A DNA stretch of 64,000 nucleotides from Octopus sinensis (GCF_006345805.1 NC_042997.1:121582001-121646000), one strand, 5' to 3'. Counted from the first letter of the stretch, positions 24,416 through 37,377 are shown. Translations and numbers: made by a program. Notes: generated by a model not told the origin, from the sequence alone.

Positions 24416-25249
24416 TGTTTTTAGGATTAACAAATCTCTCCTATAATATCAGTGTTCCCCTCTTTATTAATATTATATAGTAGCAGTAGCAGTGCAAGCA
24501 GTGGTGGTGGTCGTGCTGGTGGAGGCGAACCATTATAACATTATCATCCTAAACTTCTTACCCCGTTATCAGTCATCAGCATCCTGGCAATAAATGTATG
24601 TTTAAACCAGCGATGTACATTGGGAATATGCGCACTTAATTTAAAATCTCGAATGAAAAACTGGTCGACTAGATCTAGGATCATTTTCTAGATCGCTGGA
24701 TTTCGCTAATGCAGATTATATATCGACAAAAACAACTTACACTGGGTATTGAATCGATGAAGAAAGGAAATCTTTATGTCTCCGGGCAACACTTAAATGA
24801 GATACAAGAATCTGCTATGTTCTTATGAGCTTTTGTCGGTAGCACGAATGCTAAACTGAATTCACATCAAAGATAAATCTACATCAAACTGAATTTAGTG
24901 CTGAGGTGGATCATTATAAATATTCCTTTTATAGGATCTATTTCTGTACAGCTAAGTTCTCGCTAGAATGTCTTCGAAACCAAATTTAATTCCTAGCATT
25001 TTCATGAGATTCTATAGAAGAAAGTCAAATGATAAACCACTGCGTGGACTTCTAAACGTTAGAAATAACACCAAATCTTACTGCAAATGGAGTTTTTTTA
25101 AAATAATAGACGCGATACACCTTAGCACTGATATAAACTCGTTGATTTGTTGTATCTGCTGAGCCTTTGACGCTTCATATCATTGATCAATCTCTTCTCG
25201 GCCCTAACAACATAGCTAACATTGTATCAATCCTACCACTAATATCTTC

Positions 25250-26200
25250 TGTTGGCATTCCGTCGGTTACGGTGATGAGTCGTTCCAGTTGATCTGATCA
25301 AAGGAACAGCCTGCACGTGAATTTATCATGGAAATGACTGGGCAATCCCACAGACACGCATGTACTTAACGTAATTCTCAGGGAGATGCAACGTAACACC
25401 GAGTGTGACTAGGCTGTCCCTTTGAAATATAGGTACTACTCATTCTTATTTCTTTATTGCCCACAAGGGGCTAAACATTAAGGGGACAAACAAGAACAGA
25501 CAAAAGGGATTAAGTCGATTACATCGACCCCAGTGCGTAACTAGTACTTAATTTATCGACCCCGAAAGGATGAAAGACAAAGTCGACCTCGGGGAATTTG
25601 AACTCAGAACGTAACGGCAGACGAAATACCTATTTCTTTACTACCCACAAGGGGCTAAACACAGAGGGGACAAACAAGGACAGACAAAGGGGTTAAGTCG
25701 ATTACATCGACTCCAGTGCGTAACTGCTACTTAATTTATCGACCCCGAGAGGATGAAGACAAAGTCGACCTCGGGGAATTTGAACTCAGAACGTAACGGC
25801 AGACGAAATACCTATTTCTTTACTACCCACAAGGGGCTAAACACAGAGGGGACAAACAAGGACAGACAAAGGGGTTAAGTCGATTACATCGACTCCAGTG
25901 CGTAACTGCTACTTAATTTATCGACCCCGAGAGGATGAAAGACAAAGTCGACCTCGGCGGAATTTGAACTCAAAACGTAACGGCAGACGAAATACCGCTA
26001 TGCATTTCGCCCGTCGTGCTAACGCTTTTGCCAGCTCACCGCCTTAAATCATTCTGCTCATTCTTGCCAGCTGAGTGGACTCGAGCATCATGAGATAAAG
26101 TGTCTTGCTCAAGGACAAAGCGCGCCGCCGGGAATCGAACGTACGACCATACAATTATGAGCCGAATACCTTAACCACTTAGCCACGCGCTTTCACACCT
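25250..26200 (-). mobile_element. SINE family C (tRNA head at ~26110-26195 + CORE-like box), interrupted by a SINE B trimer
   Basis: Minus strand gtggctaagtggttaagg...gttcgattcccgg...gtccttgagcaagacact; TSD ctcattctt at 25439-25447 and 26057-26065. Confidence 0.75.
25448..26046 (-). mobile_element. Nin/Deu-domain SINE (B2) trimer: one head + three ~182-bp units
   Basis: Nin-like tttcatcctttcggggtcgataaattaagtac; tail tttgtctgtccttgtttgtcccctct...aaagaaata; junctions at 25630/31 and 25812/13. Confidence 0.9.
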
Positions 26201-27249
26201 CAAATATAGTAGTTATTCAATTGCATAATACATTACAGGGAATAAGAATTGAGGTAATTCTCATATTTGTTAGAAATATACACTTATATAGGAGCAGGCT
26301 TAACTGTTTGGCTAAGAAGCTCGCTTTCAAACTACGTGGCGTCGGGTTCCGTCATACAGCACATAAACGTATATAGGTTGTCTTTTTACTATATCCGAAA
26401 GCCGATCAATGCCTTGTGAGGGAATTTAGTTGATGGAAACTGTTTGGAAGCCCATCGAATATGTATGTGTTACGTGTCTCATACCGACATTTGAATTCAA
26501 ACGGAAAGGAATCGTTCCGTTTCAGTTCCGTTCAGATGTCACCAAGATACTCATTGCTTTTCTGCTTTCTTCAACTCCGGTCAATGAAATAAATTCTAAG
26601 TAATTTACTAGGATCCATTTAAACATCTCCATCCTTTCTTCATGTTTATTGGATTTATTCCAATGTTAAAAAAATGCATAGGTAGATTTAAATATATATG
26701 GATTAAGGAAGTGTTCAGCACTTTGCTTATAATACTTTGGAAATATCAGTAACAAGAGAGCTCCTATGTGTGTGTGTATATATATATATACATAGCAAAT
26801 AAGCAACAAGAATTTCCAAGTATCAGTACATTATGGCTGTTTCAAGCGGCTCCGTTTAATCGATCAATGAAAACATTACATCAATGCGAAATAAACCGCC
26901 CTCCTCGGAAGCAGCCAACCATACATCTTAAAGAACGAACCATTTTTTAGAGCATCTTATATCATTACCAGCAACCAAAATACCACGGAAATACCAAAGA
27001 GTAACAATATAATTATTTTGGATATTTATTGTTGTTTATTTTCCTTTTACTCACCTAACTTCCAGCTGCGTGGACTTTACCGAACTGCCTTGGTGCCCGA
27101 ATTCAAGAATCTAATTCAACTGGAATTTAAATTATTTCTTATATATATATATACACATTATAAATAATATATAAATATATGCAAATATGCATACATACAT
27201 GTACATACCTACATATATACGTATATATATATACATGCATATATGTGTA

Positions 27250-27810
27250 CAGGACGTCAAGAAAAACGTGAATAAAATTAGGAACGAGAACATAAAAAAC
27301 AAAAACATGGAAAACGAACTTGTTTTCTAACAACGGAAGAAACAAATAGAGAAACGAGACAAGCAGCATAATGAACATTCCTTTCAACAGCTGTCCTCTG
27401 TTTTATCTACTCCGCGTTTCGAACGTAGGGACAAGACGCGACTTCGTTAAAACCGTCGTTCCCGCAAAGCAAAATAAAAAAAAAATTGGGATTTGCGGAG
27501 AGTTAAAGTAGTGACAAAAACAGTGAAAACTAACGGTAAGGGCAGTTAAGCCATAACGAGGTGAAGTGGTGAACGCTGCAGAAACGAGCTTTCAGAAGAG
27601 ACAGGCAAAAACAAGTCTTGTCTTTAGGAACGAAGTGGAAGAAAGAAAGATAGATAGCCTTTGGTCACGTGTGAGCAATGAGAGGGTCAAGAAGGAAGAG
27701 TGAGGGAGAGTGAGGGAACGGTGAAGGGGAGAGGAAAAGAATTAGAGAAAGGGTGGGAGAGAAAAACAGAAAGGAAGAACAGGTGAGGGAGATAAAATAG
27801 AGATAAGCTG
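27250..27810. mobile_element. Repeat family D, copy 2
   Basis: Colinear with 1390-1940. Confidence 0.55.
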
Positions 27811-27858
27811 TATGTATATGTATATAAATATATGTGTATATGTATATAAATATATGTG

Positions 27859-27893
<35 letters not shown>

Positions 27894-27894
<1 letters not shown>

Positions 27895-28075
27895 GCCGAA
27901 ATTACTACGATGATCCGGTTCTTGACTGAAGACTGAGGGTTTCGAATGTCTTGTCCGTGTTTATTGTATCGTCTTCTAAGAGTTATACGTTCTTGTCCAT
28001 GTTGTAATTTTCTACATACCTTAATATATATATATATATATAGTATATATGTATATATAAATGTATGTATATATG

Positions 28076-28152
<77 letters not shown>

Positions 28153-28339
28153 TGTGTGTATGTGTATGTGCGAATGTGCGTGTGTGTTTGTGCATTTTGT
28201 TCTGGAACTGGATTTCAAAGCACACATAAAGCTATAATTATTAGCATGTAAATATTAGGAAGGTATAAATTCTTATGACTTCAGAGATACAGACACATGT
28301 AAATATATACATACCTACCTACATACATACATATATATA

Positions 28340-28371
<32 letters not shown>

Positions 28372-29085
28372 TAAGGTATGTAGAAAAATACAACATGGAC
28401 AAGAACGTATAACTCATAGAAGACGATACAATAAACATGGACAGGACATTCGAACCCCTCAGTCTTCAGTCAAGAACCGGATCATCGTAGTAATTTCGGC
28501 TGATTAATCTTGAGATTACTAGATCACGGCCAGCCCTCCAAGAAAAACTAAGCTGGAAGCGTAGATTTCCTGGAAGAAGGATCGAATGCATACGAACACC
28601 AGGACAGCAAAAGGGACAGATAAAAAAAAACAAAAAACAATAATGGAATACAGAAACATGAAATACAGAAGCATTAACGGTGAAAACAAGTGTCTTACGA
28701 CTGATAACAAGCAAACAAATTTTTTCTCTGGCGCATTGGAAAAAGCCTTTATAGCGGCGGACGAAGAACAACGATGTTAACACGACGAGGGTCAGGAGCT
28801 GAAAGGCAGATTTCGGCCAACAGTCACGTGACAGAGAAGAGGGAAAAGAAAAGAAAGAGAAGCAAAGGAAGAGAGAGAGAGAAAAGGGGGACAAAACGCA
28901 ACAAAGAGAGAGAAGAGAGAGAAAGAAGGAATCAGAGAGGAGAGGGGATGGGTGTCGAAGAATGACCTGTGAGTGCAGAGCGAGACAAAGAAATAGGAGG
29001 GTAGTGGAAGACTAGACCAAAGGATCAGAGGAAAGAGAAGATGAATAGAGAGAAAGTAAAAATGAGAGAGAGAGAGAGACAAACA
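27894..29085. mobile_element. Repeat family E (PLE pLTR-like) with a 131-bp inverted partial copy
   Basis: 27894-28024 is the reverse complement of 28371-28501; 28490-28600 is homologous to 63285-63400. Confidence 0.6.
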
Positions 29086-29135
29086 GAGAGTCGTACCAAT
29101 TATTAAGAATGTGTTCACATTAATGATAAAGGGGG

Positions 29136-29230
<95 letters not shown>

Positions 29231-29231
<1 letters not shown>

Positions 29232-29640
29232 TCTTTTACTTGTTTCAGTCATTTGACTGCGGCCATGCTGGAGCACCGCCTTTAGTCGAAGAAATCGACC
29301 CCAGGACTTATTCTTTGTAAGCCTAGTACTTATTCTATCGGTCTTTTTTGCCGAACCGCTAAGTTATGGGGACGGGAACACACCAGCATCGATTGTCAAG
29401 CGATGTTGTGGGACAAACACAGACACACAAACATATACACACACATACATACATATATATATACATATACATATATACGACGGGCTTCTTTCAGTTTCCG
29501 TCTACCAAATCCACTCACAAGGCTTTGGTCGGCCCGAGGCTATAGTAGAAGACACTTGCTCAAGGTGCCACGCAGTGGGACTGAACCTGGAACCATGTGA
29601 CTCGTAAACAAGCTACTTACCACACAGCCACTCCTGCGCC
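29231..29640 (-). mobile_element. SINE A, full length
   Basis: Near-consensus head, core and tail. Confidence 0.9.
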
Positions 29641-30639
29641 TATATATATATTTATTTATTTATATTTATTTATTTATATATATATATATTTATTTATTTA
29701 TATTTATATATATAATATATATATATATATTATTTATTTATATATATAGGTAGATAGATAGACATACATACATACATACATACATACATACATACATACA
29801 TACATACATACATACATACATACATACATGCATACATACGTACAAACCAAAAGCATGGCAGATTATGTAGAATTGTCCCCAACTTGAATACGACTCAAAT
29901 ATAAACCACAAATAATGTTGAGAAATATTGGAATTCACAGTCTTTAACAACTGGTTTATTTCTGATATGTGTGACTATTGTTATTTTAGCTGTTGGCACA
30001 TGTTACCGCCACTCCAGTCCAACGGAAGAAAATTTTTATCGATTTCCTTTGATAAACCTGGCAGACTCTCTCTTATATAAGCAACTTACTTTCTCTGCTA
30101 CTATCGTCTAACACACAATACTCAGTTGGGTATTTTGTATGTGAAATGAAGGCGTCGGCTACGATTAATTTCAATGACAGCCCAGACGCTTTCACTGCAA
30201 GCGAAGTCTTATTTGTTGGCATAGCTAACATTAAGTGGACTGGAGTAATAATTAATACACATAACGTTGCCTTATGAAATGTCAAGTCGCGTTCTCCGTA
30301 AATATATAAGAAGTGAGTTGAAACTTTCTCCAAATATTCTCAGTACTTAAACAAAACCAAAGAAAAGCGAATAAAAATTAAATTCAATTGAGAATAAAAT
30401 ATACGTTTTTATTGGTCGACGTCCAAACAAAATCTCTAAACGAAACGGGCTCTCTATCATACACACACACATACACACACAGGTACACACACACAAACAC
30501 ACACAGGTATAGAATCATTCAGATACACAGCCACAAACAATTGTATACAGACGTATGAACCATTATAGATTACTTGTGTTGCTAAATATATCCTTAGTTT
30601 ACATCGTTATTATTTTTAGCACAGCTAAATCGTGTGGAG

Positions 30640-30868
30640 CGGTGCCTATCAACAGTATTTTGCCTATGGACCCCTTTGGTTCTTATTTCACCCTACCTGA
30701 CTTCCAGAGAATTCGATGTATATAAACAACGGCCTACTGTATATAAGGAATTGTATAAAAAATCAAAATATTTGTAGACGTATAAGTAACTTATTGCACT
30801 TAAATGTTAACAACAAATTCTTCTATAGGCCCCAAAGAGTCATATGGACTCCCGGTTGAGAACCACTG
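30640..30868. mobile_element. hAT-type MITE remnant
   Basis: Right TIR gttgagaaccactg; degenerate left end followed by tgcctatggacccc. Confidence 0.45.
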
Positions 30869-31050
30869 ATGCTGAGTCACCTTCGGTGAACCACGGTTTT
30901 CTCGGTTCTTTCCCTTTCCCTTTTTAAGGCGTTTCCTTGGTAGATTTATCAGAACATTGGAATATCAAAATATATATAAGAATATTGTGTGCACCATCTC
31001 TTCGGAGGCGTGGGTTGGTATCCCACAGCTGCCACAATATAATTTTTATA

Positions 31051-31221
31051 GGCGTAGGAGTGGCTGTGTGGTAAGTAGCTTGCTTACGAACCACATGGTT
31101 CCAGGTTCAGTCCCACTGCGTGGCACCTTGGGCAAGTGTCTTCTGTTATAGCTTCGGGTCGACCAAAGCCTTGTGAGTGGATTTGGTAGACGGAAACTGA
31201 AAGAAGCCCGTCGTATATATG

Positions 31222-31265
<44 letters not shown>

Positions 31266-31498
31266 TGTGTGTATGTGTATATATGTTTGTGTGTCAGTGT
31301 TTGCCCCCCCCAACATCGCTTGACAACCGATGGTGGTGTGTTTACGTCCCCCGTAACTTAGCGGTTCGGCAAAAAGAGATCGATACAATAAGTACTGGGC
31401 TTACAAAGAATAAGTCCTGGGGTCGATTTGCTCGAATAAAGGCGGTGCTCCAGCATGGCAACAGTCAAATGACTGAAACATGTAAAGGAGTAAAAGAG
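31051..31498 (+). mobile_element. SINE A, full length
   Basis: Near-consensus head, core and tail. Confidence 0.9.
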
Positions 31499-33362
31499 AC
31501 TGATTTTCTGATGGTAATCTCTGTTCCTCTCTGAAAACTGCATTAATAAAATACCCTTGTTGTGCGATGTAGGTACTTTCTTTTCATCTCTTTTGTTGGA
31601 AAACATTGCATGTGATAAGAGTTAGAAAGTGAAGGGCTCAAGAAACACCTTAATGTCCATGGAGCCCCTTCGACTCACTTAGAAACTGCAGTCCCAAGAC
31701 AAGCCAAAAATGTGCTAGGGGAGACATTTGAGAAACATTTTAATTAACCCTGTTTGTAAAGGTACTGCCACAGAACTGCGCAACTCTTTTATTTTATTGT
31801 AATATTTTCTCAATGAGGCTGTTTAACATTAAATAGTAGAAAATTGTCTCACCAGAGCTTTTCTTATCATCAAGTCACATGACTCAGTTGTTGACCAAAT
31901 TAGTCGCAGGCATTGGTCGGTTTTAATTGTCCAATCGCGTGTTTGCAACAATGTTTGTTCCCAACGCTTGACTTAAAACCATCCCATGTTTATATAAACA
32001 CCAGTTTCTCCCGCTCTTTATCTAGTCGCTATTGACCAGACAACAGCCAGTCTCACAGCTTTCTACAATCAGCCATCACCTGTCTTCCTCGTTGCAGCGA
32101 CAGACAGCAGACTACACTGACATGATCAGACACCTCAGAACTGAAATCACTTGAATGTTTGTTCCAGACATCTTTCCCTTTGGGAATCTTGTATTATCGT
32201 AACGAGAGGAATAAATCGCATCTCTTCCGACTTACTCAAATCTTATCGTTCTTCCTTCTCGTCATAACACAATATAGGTTACATATATTATATCATACCT
32301 TGATACTGTGTGGACTAAGATCCTCGTTAACTGGATGCTGATATTTAAAATAAAATAACATTTACGGTATGCAAATAAGTAACCCCAGTTTTCTGTAGCT
32401 ACTGTAATTGTTGACAATATAAATAGATTGAATGATTTTTTTTCTGGGATTAGTTAAACTGATGTAGATGCTTCTGATGAGAAACCAATAACATCCGAAA
32501 AACGATTAAGGTTGTTCAACATTTTCCTAATCTACGGATAAACAGCTAAATTAGTCCTGTTTATAAAGTTACTATACAGGTTACATATATAACAAATCGA
32601 TCGACCCTGTAGATACTCCTATATTGGCATATATAAATACTAGTAAAATCCAATTTCCTTTCAATTCACCAAACTCGTCTCCCTGCATATTGGTCTATAT
32701 GTCTGCGCGCATTTAAAACTACGAAAACGCATAACTGAAATTCTGGAAAAGTTCGAACGTAAATTTTTTTAATTCGAAGTATAATTACATCTATTCTATT
32801 CATTTTTTTTTTCTTTTCGTTTTCCTAACATGAACAATAGAGGTATTATATCTCTATCGTTTGGCGATGAAGGTTCAGATTTTGATCAACAGAATTTCAC
32901 CTTCATACCTTCAGAATTAATATGTAAGACGTTGAGCAATCCACTGGCATATGTACTTTTAATGTCATTCTCAAACAGATTCTGCAAGACGCAGTATGCG
33001 ACAAGGTTCTGCCTTTTGAACCACAGTTACAGTCTACGGACCTCTATATAGTTTTCATAGACCTAATTTCACTCGTAAGGATTAGGCCGACCCCAGGCCG
33101 TAGAAAACTATGTTTGCTTGACATACAACGCAGAGGGAGCGACCTTCTTTTGACCTTGTGGTCTAAACCTTATGGAGAAGGTTTAAGTTATGTAATGCAT
33201 ACAAACTTTAAGAATAGATACAATTTAGATTGAAAATAAACCCAATCGTTAAAACTACGAATGTTAGATTCCGGGTAGTTTAAAATATAACATAAAAAGA
33301 ATCAATCGAGGTTCACTAAAGCTTGTGATTGAAGATTTCGAGATCGAATCCTTACTCCAATA

Positions 33363-34007
33363 CAGAGGTTCTCAAACATTTTGGGCCACTGCCGCACTCA
33401 TGGCTGCATAATATCCTCAGCGTATCACCCCTATTTTTATGTATAAATAAATAATTTACATTTTACTAATTTATATATACTATGGTGAAGGCACATGGAC
33501 TAGTGGTTAGAGCAACGGACTCGCGGTCAAGGGATCGCGGATTCGAATCTCAGACCGGGCGATGTGTGTGTTTATGAGCAAAACACCTAAGCTCCACGCG
33601 GCTCCGGCAGAAGGTAATGGCGAACTTCTGCTGACTCTTTCGCCATAACTTTCTCTCACTCTTTCCTCCTGCATCTTGCAGCTCACCTGCGACGGACAGG
33701 CGTCCCGTCCAGGTGGGGAACCTATACACCAAGTAAACCGGGAAACCGGACGTTATGAGACAGGCATGGCTCGAGAAGGAACGAACATATATACTATGAA
33801 TAATTTAATATAATATTATATAATTTGTATACAATGCTATAATATTATAATAAATTCATAACGCCCCCCCCCCAATCCAATGCCTTCCTCCCAAATCTTC
33901 CTTTTTCTCTACCACTCCAACCTCCCCCACCCCGTTGGGCACTAGCGCCCACCTAGACTGCCTCAGCGCTTACCGGGGGGCGGTAGCGCCCAGTTTGAGA
34001 ACCTATG
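33363..34007. mobile_element. hAT MITE
   Basis: TIRs cagaggttctcaaac / gtttgagaacctatg (14/15); 8-bp TSD ctccaata / ctctaata (7/8). Confidence 0.85.
33485..33786 (+). mobile_element. tRNA-derived SINE with a V-domain-like core, nested in the hAT MITE
   Basis: A-box tggactagtggttag, B-box ggattcgaatc, cctgcgacggacaggcgtcccgtccagg; 12-bp TSD atatatactatg at 33473-33484 and 33787-33798. Confidence 0.8.
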
Positions 34008-34727
34008 CTCTAATACACAATCTAACAAAATGCACACATTCATGCGCAGGCGTATAATTATAAGTTAATTGATTACAAAGATTGTGTGCACTTCGGTTAA
34101 GGTGGACGTTGTCAGCGGTCTTACATTTAGACAACTTCATTGAATATATAATTAAAGCCGAAACGTAAGTATATGAGTCATTTACTCTATGTTCAGTAGA
34201 ATGTGTGTATACGTGTGTTTGTATATTAACATAAGAGTGCGCTTGTGTATATACCATTATATACATAAACAAACTCGCATATATCTAAAATATTCCACTA
34301 GATTCTTATTCATGAGTTGCTTTGTTACTTTAGATGTGTGGGAGTGTAAGTGTGTATATGTGTGTGTCACTATATATATATATATATATATATATAATCA
34401 CATGAATTTCAGGAGTTTCTAAGGGATATATTGAGAGAGAGAGAGAAAGAGCGTGTGAGGGAGAGAATAAAATAGTCATGTTTTTGAGTATGTGAAAATA
34501 CATACACACCTGCATACATAATATATATACATCCAAACACACGCACACACACACACACACAAACACACAAACACACACACACACACATACACACACACAA
34601 ACACACATATATATATACGTGACTTTATAGAGAAAACATAAATACTGAAGAAGACAGAAAGCATGGAGAACGGAGACAGCAAATAATAAATTTTATGTAA
34701 GTATATAGAAAAGTATGTATGTATCTA

Positions 34728-34774
<47 letters not shown>

Positions 34775-36049
34775 ATACATACATACATATGTATGTATAT
34801 ATATATATATATATATGTACATATATATATATATACACATTATTGTTACGTTTTCACATCATATATACATACATACCTATGTATCTCTGTCTGTGTATGG
34901 ATAGAGATATAAACTGAGAGATAGGTGGAATAGATAGATAGAGAATGAGAGAGAGAGAGCGAAAGAGAAAGAGAAGGACGTAGAAAGACGTACACTGGTT
35001 TCAATACAGGATGTCATGTAAACATTTGTAGCTCTATATTGAAAATATATCATTCTGAGATAGACAGCTGAGGTAATTGTAGTTTGAATTCATAAGCATG
35101 CTTAGACACCTCTGATCTGTCTGCAACAGAAATGAGTGAATTTCCAATATATAAAAGGCATCACGTTTTCACACTGCCACTTCTTAGACTAAACTTCCAC
35201 AACGTTCACATCAATTTTTGAAATGTTTTATAAGAGCTCAATCAATATTTTCGCATGATCAAAATTTTAGCCGGCGGTTTTAGTTCAACTCTTAAATAGA
35301 TTACGTGTTGGTTTCTTTTTTCTGTCTTTCTTGCTTTTTTTTTTACAAGATACAGGTCTGTGAACAAACTTCACTATAGAAACATCACCCAAGATGATAA
35401 TATACCATGGCAGTTTTTTTTTTCAAATATTGTAATATTATTCTGAATCAAATTAAATATTCTTTTCAAAGCATGTTTAGAAAAACAGAAAGAAAAAACA
35501 TAACAAGGATTATTTTGGTGTAATTAAACAGTAGCTTCAAGACGGTGAGCTCGCGGAATAGTCAGCACGTCGAACAAAAGTATATAGAAAAGTATGTATG
35601 TATGTACATACTTTTGTAAGTCCTGAGCTCAAATCCCATCGCGGTCAACTGCAGTTTTTTCTTTCGGTGTGTGTGTGTGTGTGGAAGTTCAATAAAATAA
35701 AATACCTGTTAAGTACTTGGGTCTACGGAATCGATTTTTCCCTCCTCCTTATTCGTTTTATCCTACAACGGGTAAGCGTTTGTAAGAAAAAGACGTTTGT
35801 GTTACAATATATTTCAGACAGCAGGGCCATGAATTTTTATTCGTTGTTAAGAGTTCTCATATTCCACATTGATATTGATCATACTGGGATTGTAACATTT
35901 ATTTATATTACTGATGCGAAGATCCAACCTGAGAGTAAACTAAAAAGATCATATTGAACACCTAACAAAGGTATTTTCCAATAGAACATATCTAGGGTAT
36001 ACATTATTTACATTTGATGGATATTTGTCCTCATTTTGTTTGTTGCTAA

Positions 36050-36095
36050 TACAACGTTTTGGCTGATATACTCCCCAGCCTTCATCAGGTGTCTT
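36050..36095 (-). ncRNA. Minimal type I hammerhead-like motif (degenerate)
   Basis: gacac CTGATGA a ggctg-gggagtatat-cagcc AAAA cg tt gtatt; the GAAA is mutated to AAAA. Confidence 0.5.
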
Positions 36096-36405
36096 GGGGA
36101 AATTTCGAAACCGGATTCTCATTCCTATTTTTATTATTCAGGTCACTGCCTGGAATCGAACTCGGAATCTTAGGGTTTGTAGCCCGCGCTCTTAACCACT
36201 ACGTAGGCAATTGTGAAGTGAATTTTAAAGGCTTTTAAATCTAATATTTTCCTATCCTTTAGATTTATAAGTCCTTAAAATTCACTCCATAAATGCCCAC
36301 GGGCATATGACGTAGTGGATTAGAGCGCGAGCTACTAACACCAAGAATCCGAGTTCGATTCCAAGCAGTGACCATAATAATAATAACATCACCGAAAAAT
36401 ACCTT

Positions 36406-36443
36406 AGACACCTGATGAAGGCTAGAGGGTATATCAGCCGAAA
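36406..36443 (+). ncRNA. Hammerhead-like core (stem III deleted)
   Basis: gacac CTGATGA a ggcta-gagggtatat-cagcc GAAA. Confidence 0.5.
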
Positions 36444-36910
36444 AAAAAATGAGGACAAATATCCGTAAAATGTAGATAATGTAAATAATGCACATAATTC
36501 CTCATCTCTTAAATCTAGAACTGTATATACAAGGTGGTCATGTACACTAATGGGAAGTTGATTTACTATGCAATGGCATATATTGCCTTCTGTTGGATAC
36601 GCTACTAGTGAAATACCCTGAATTAGGCCGTTTTACACTACTCTGCACAACGGTTAGTCTTCGTCTTTTACCCACGACTGTGTTCTGTGAACTCCACTGC
36701 CTTTACTGTATTCGGTTAACGGGAAGTCGATGAAACCTATGTTGGATTAGTTTCAACGTAGCAGTGCTGAATAGTACAGCTAGTAGGCTATAATGCTACA
36801 TTTCCAGCAGGCTGTGTTTATATAGGAATCTACAAGCATTTACTAAAATACAATACGGCTTCATTGCTCGCCAGAATGTACTACTCTTACCTGTTCCATA
36901 TAAACCACAA

Positions 36911-36968
<58 letters not shown>

Positions 36969-37030
36969 ATATATATATATATATTAATATTTCTAAGTCT
37001 TTCTAAATGAGACTACAGTAGCGGTACTGG

Positions 37031-37377
37031 ATATTAATAGTTATCGCCAAGCTAACATGGCAGTCCAGAACAATAGGACGAACGCAGCCGTTGATTAGCT
37101 CCAAGAGGTCATCGCCTCAAGCCAGCTATGTAACACACGAGCCTGTGTCCATTATAACCTTCGAACAGGGGAGAAGGGGCAAATACCTTGAAGCTAGTTT
37201 GTAGATGCCAGACCAGCAAAGGGAAGCGACTGACCTCCCCTGTTCGAAGGTTATAATGGACACAGGTTCGTGTGTCACATAGCTAGCTAGAGGCGATTGT
37301 CTCTTGGAGCTAATATACGGCAGCATTCGTCCTATTGTTCTGGACTGCCATGTTAGCTTGGCGGTAACTATTAATAT
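37031..37377. mobile_element. Palindromic MITE with ~140-bp arms
   Basis: atattaatagttatcgccaagc...aacaggggag / ctcccctgtt...ggcggtaactattaatat. Confidence 0.85.

Larger units (their letters stand above)
35998..36527. mobile_element. Fold-back element: two inverted arms, each a tRNA-like head + hammerhead-like motif
   Basis: Arms ~35998-36244 and ~36258-36493 around a ~14-nt spacer. Confidence 0.75.

Noticed and set aside
25448-26046. CRISPR-like or satellite array (also 42099-42700)
   Set aside because: The units are ~183-bp SINE bodies with no unique spacers, in a eukaryotic context.
36301-36373. tRNA gene
   Set aside because: It has A/B boxes but poor acceptor-stem pairing and is attached to a repeat body. 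It is a SINE-type head, like the heads of families A, B and C.
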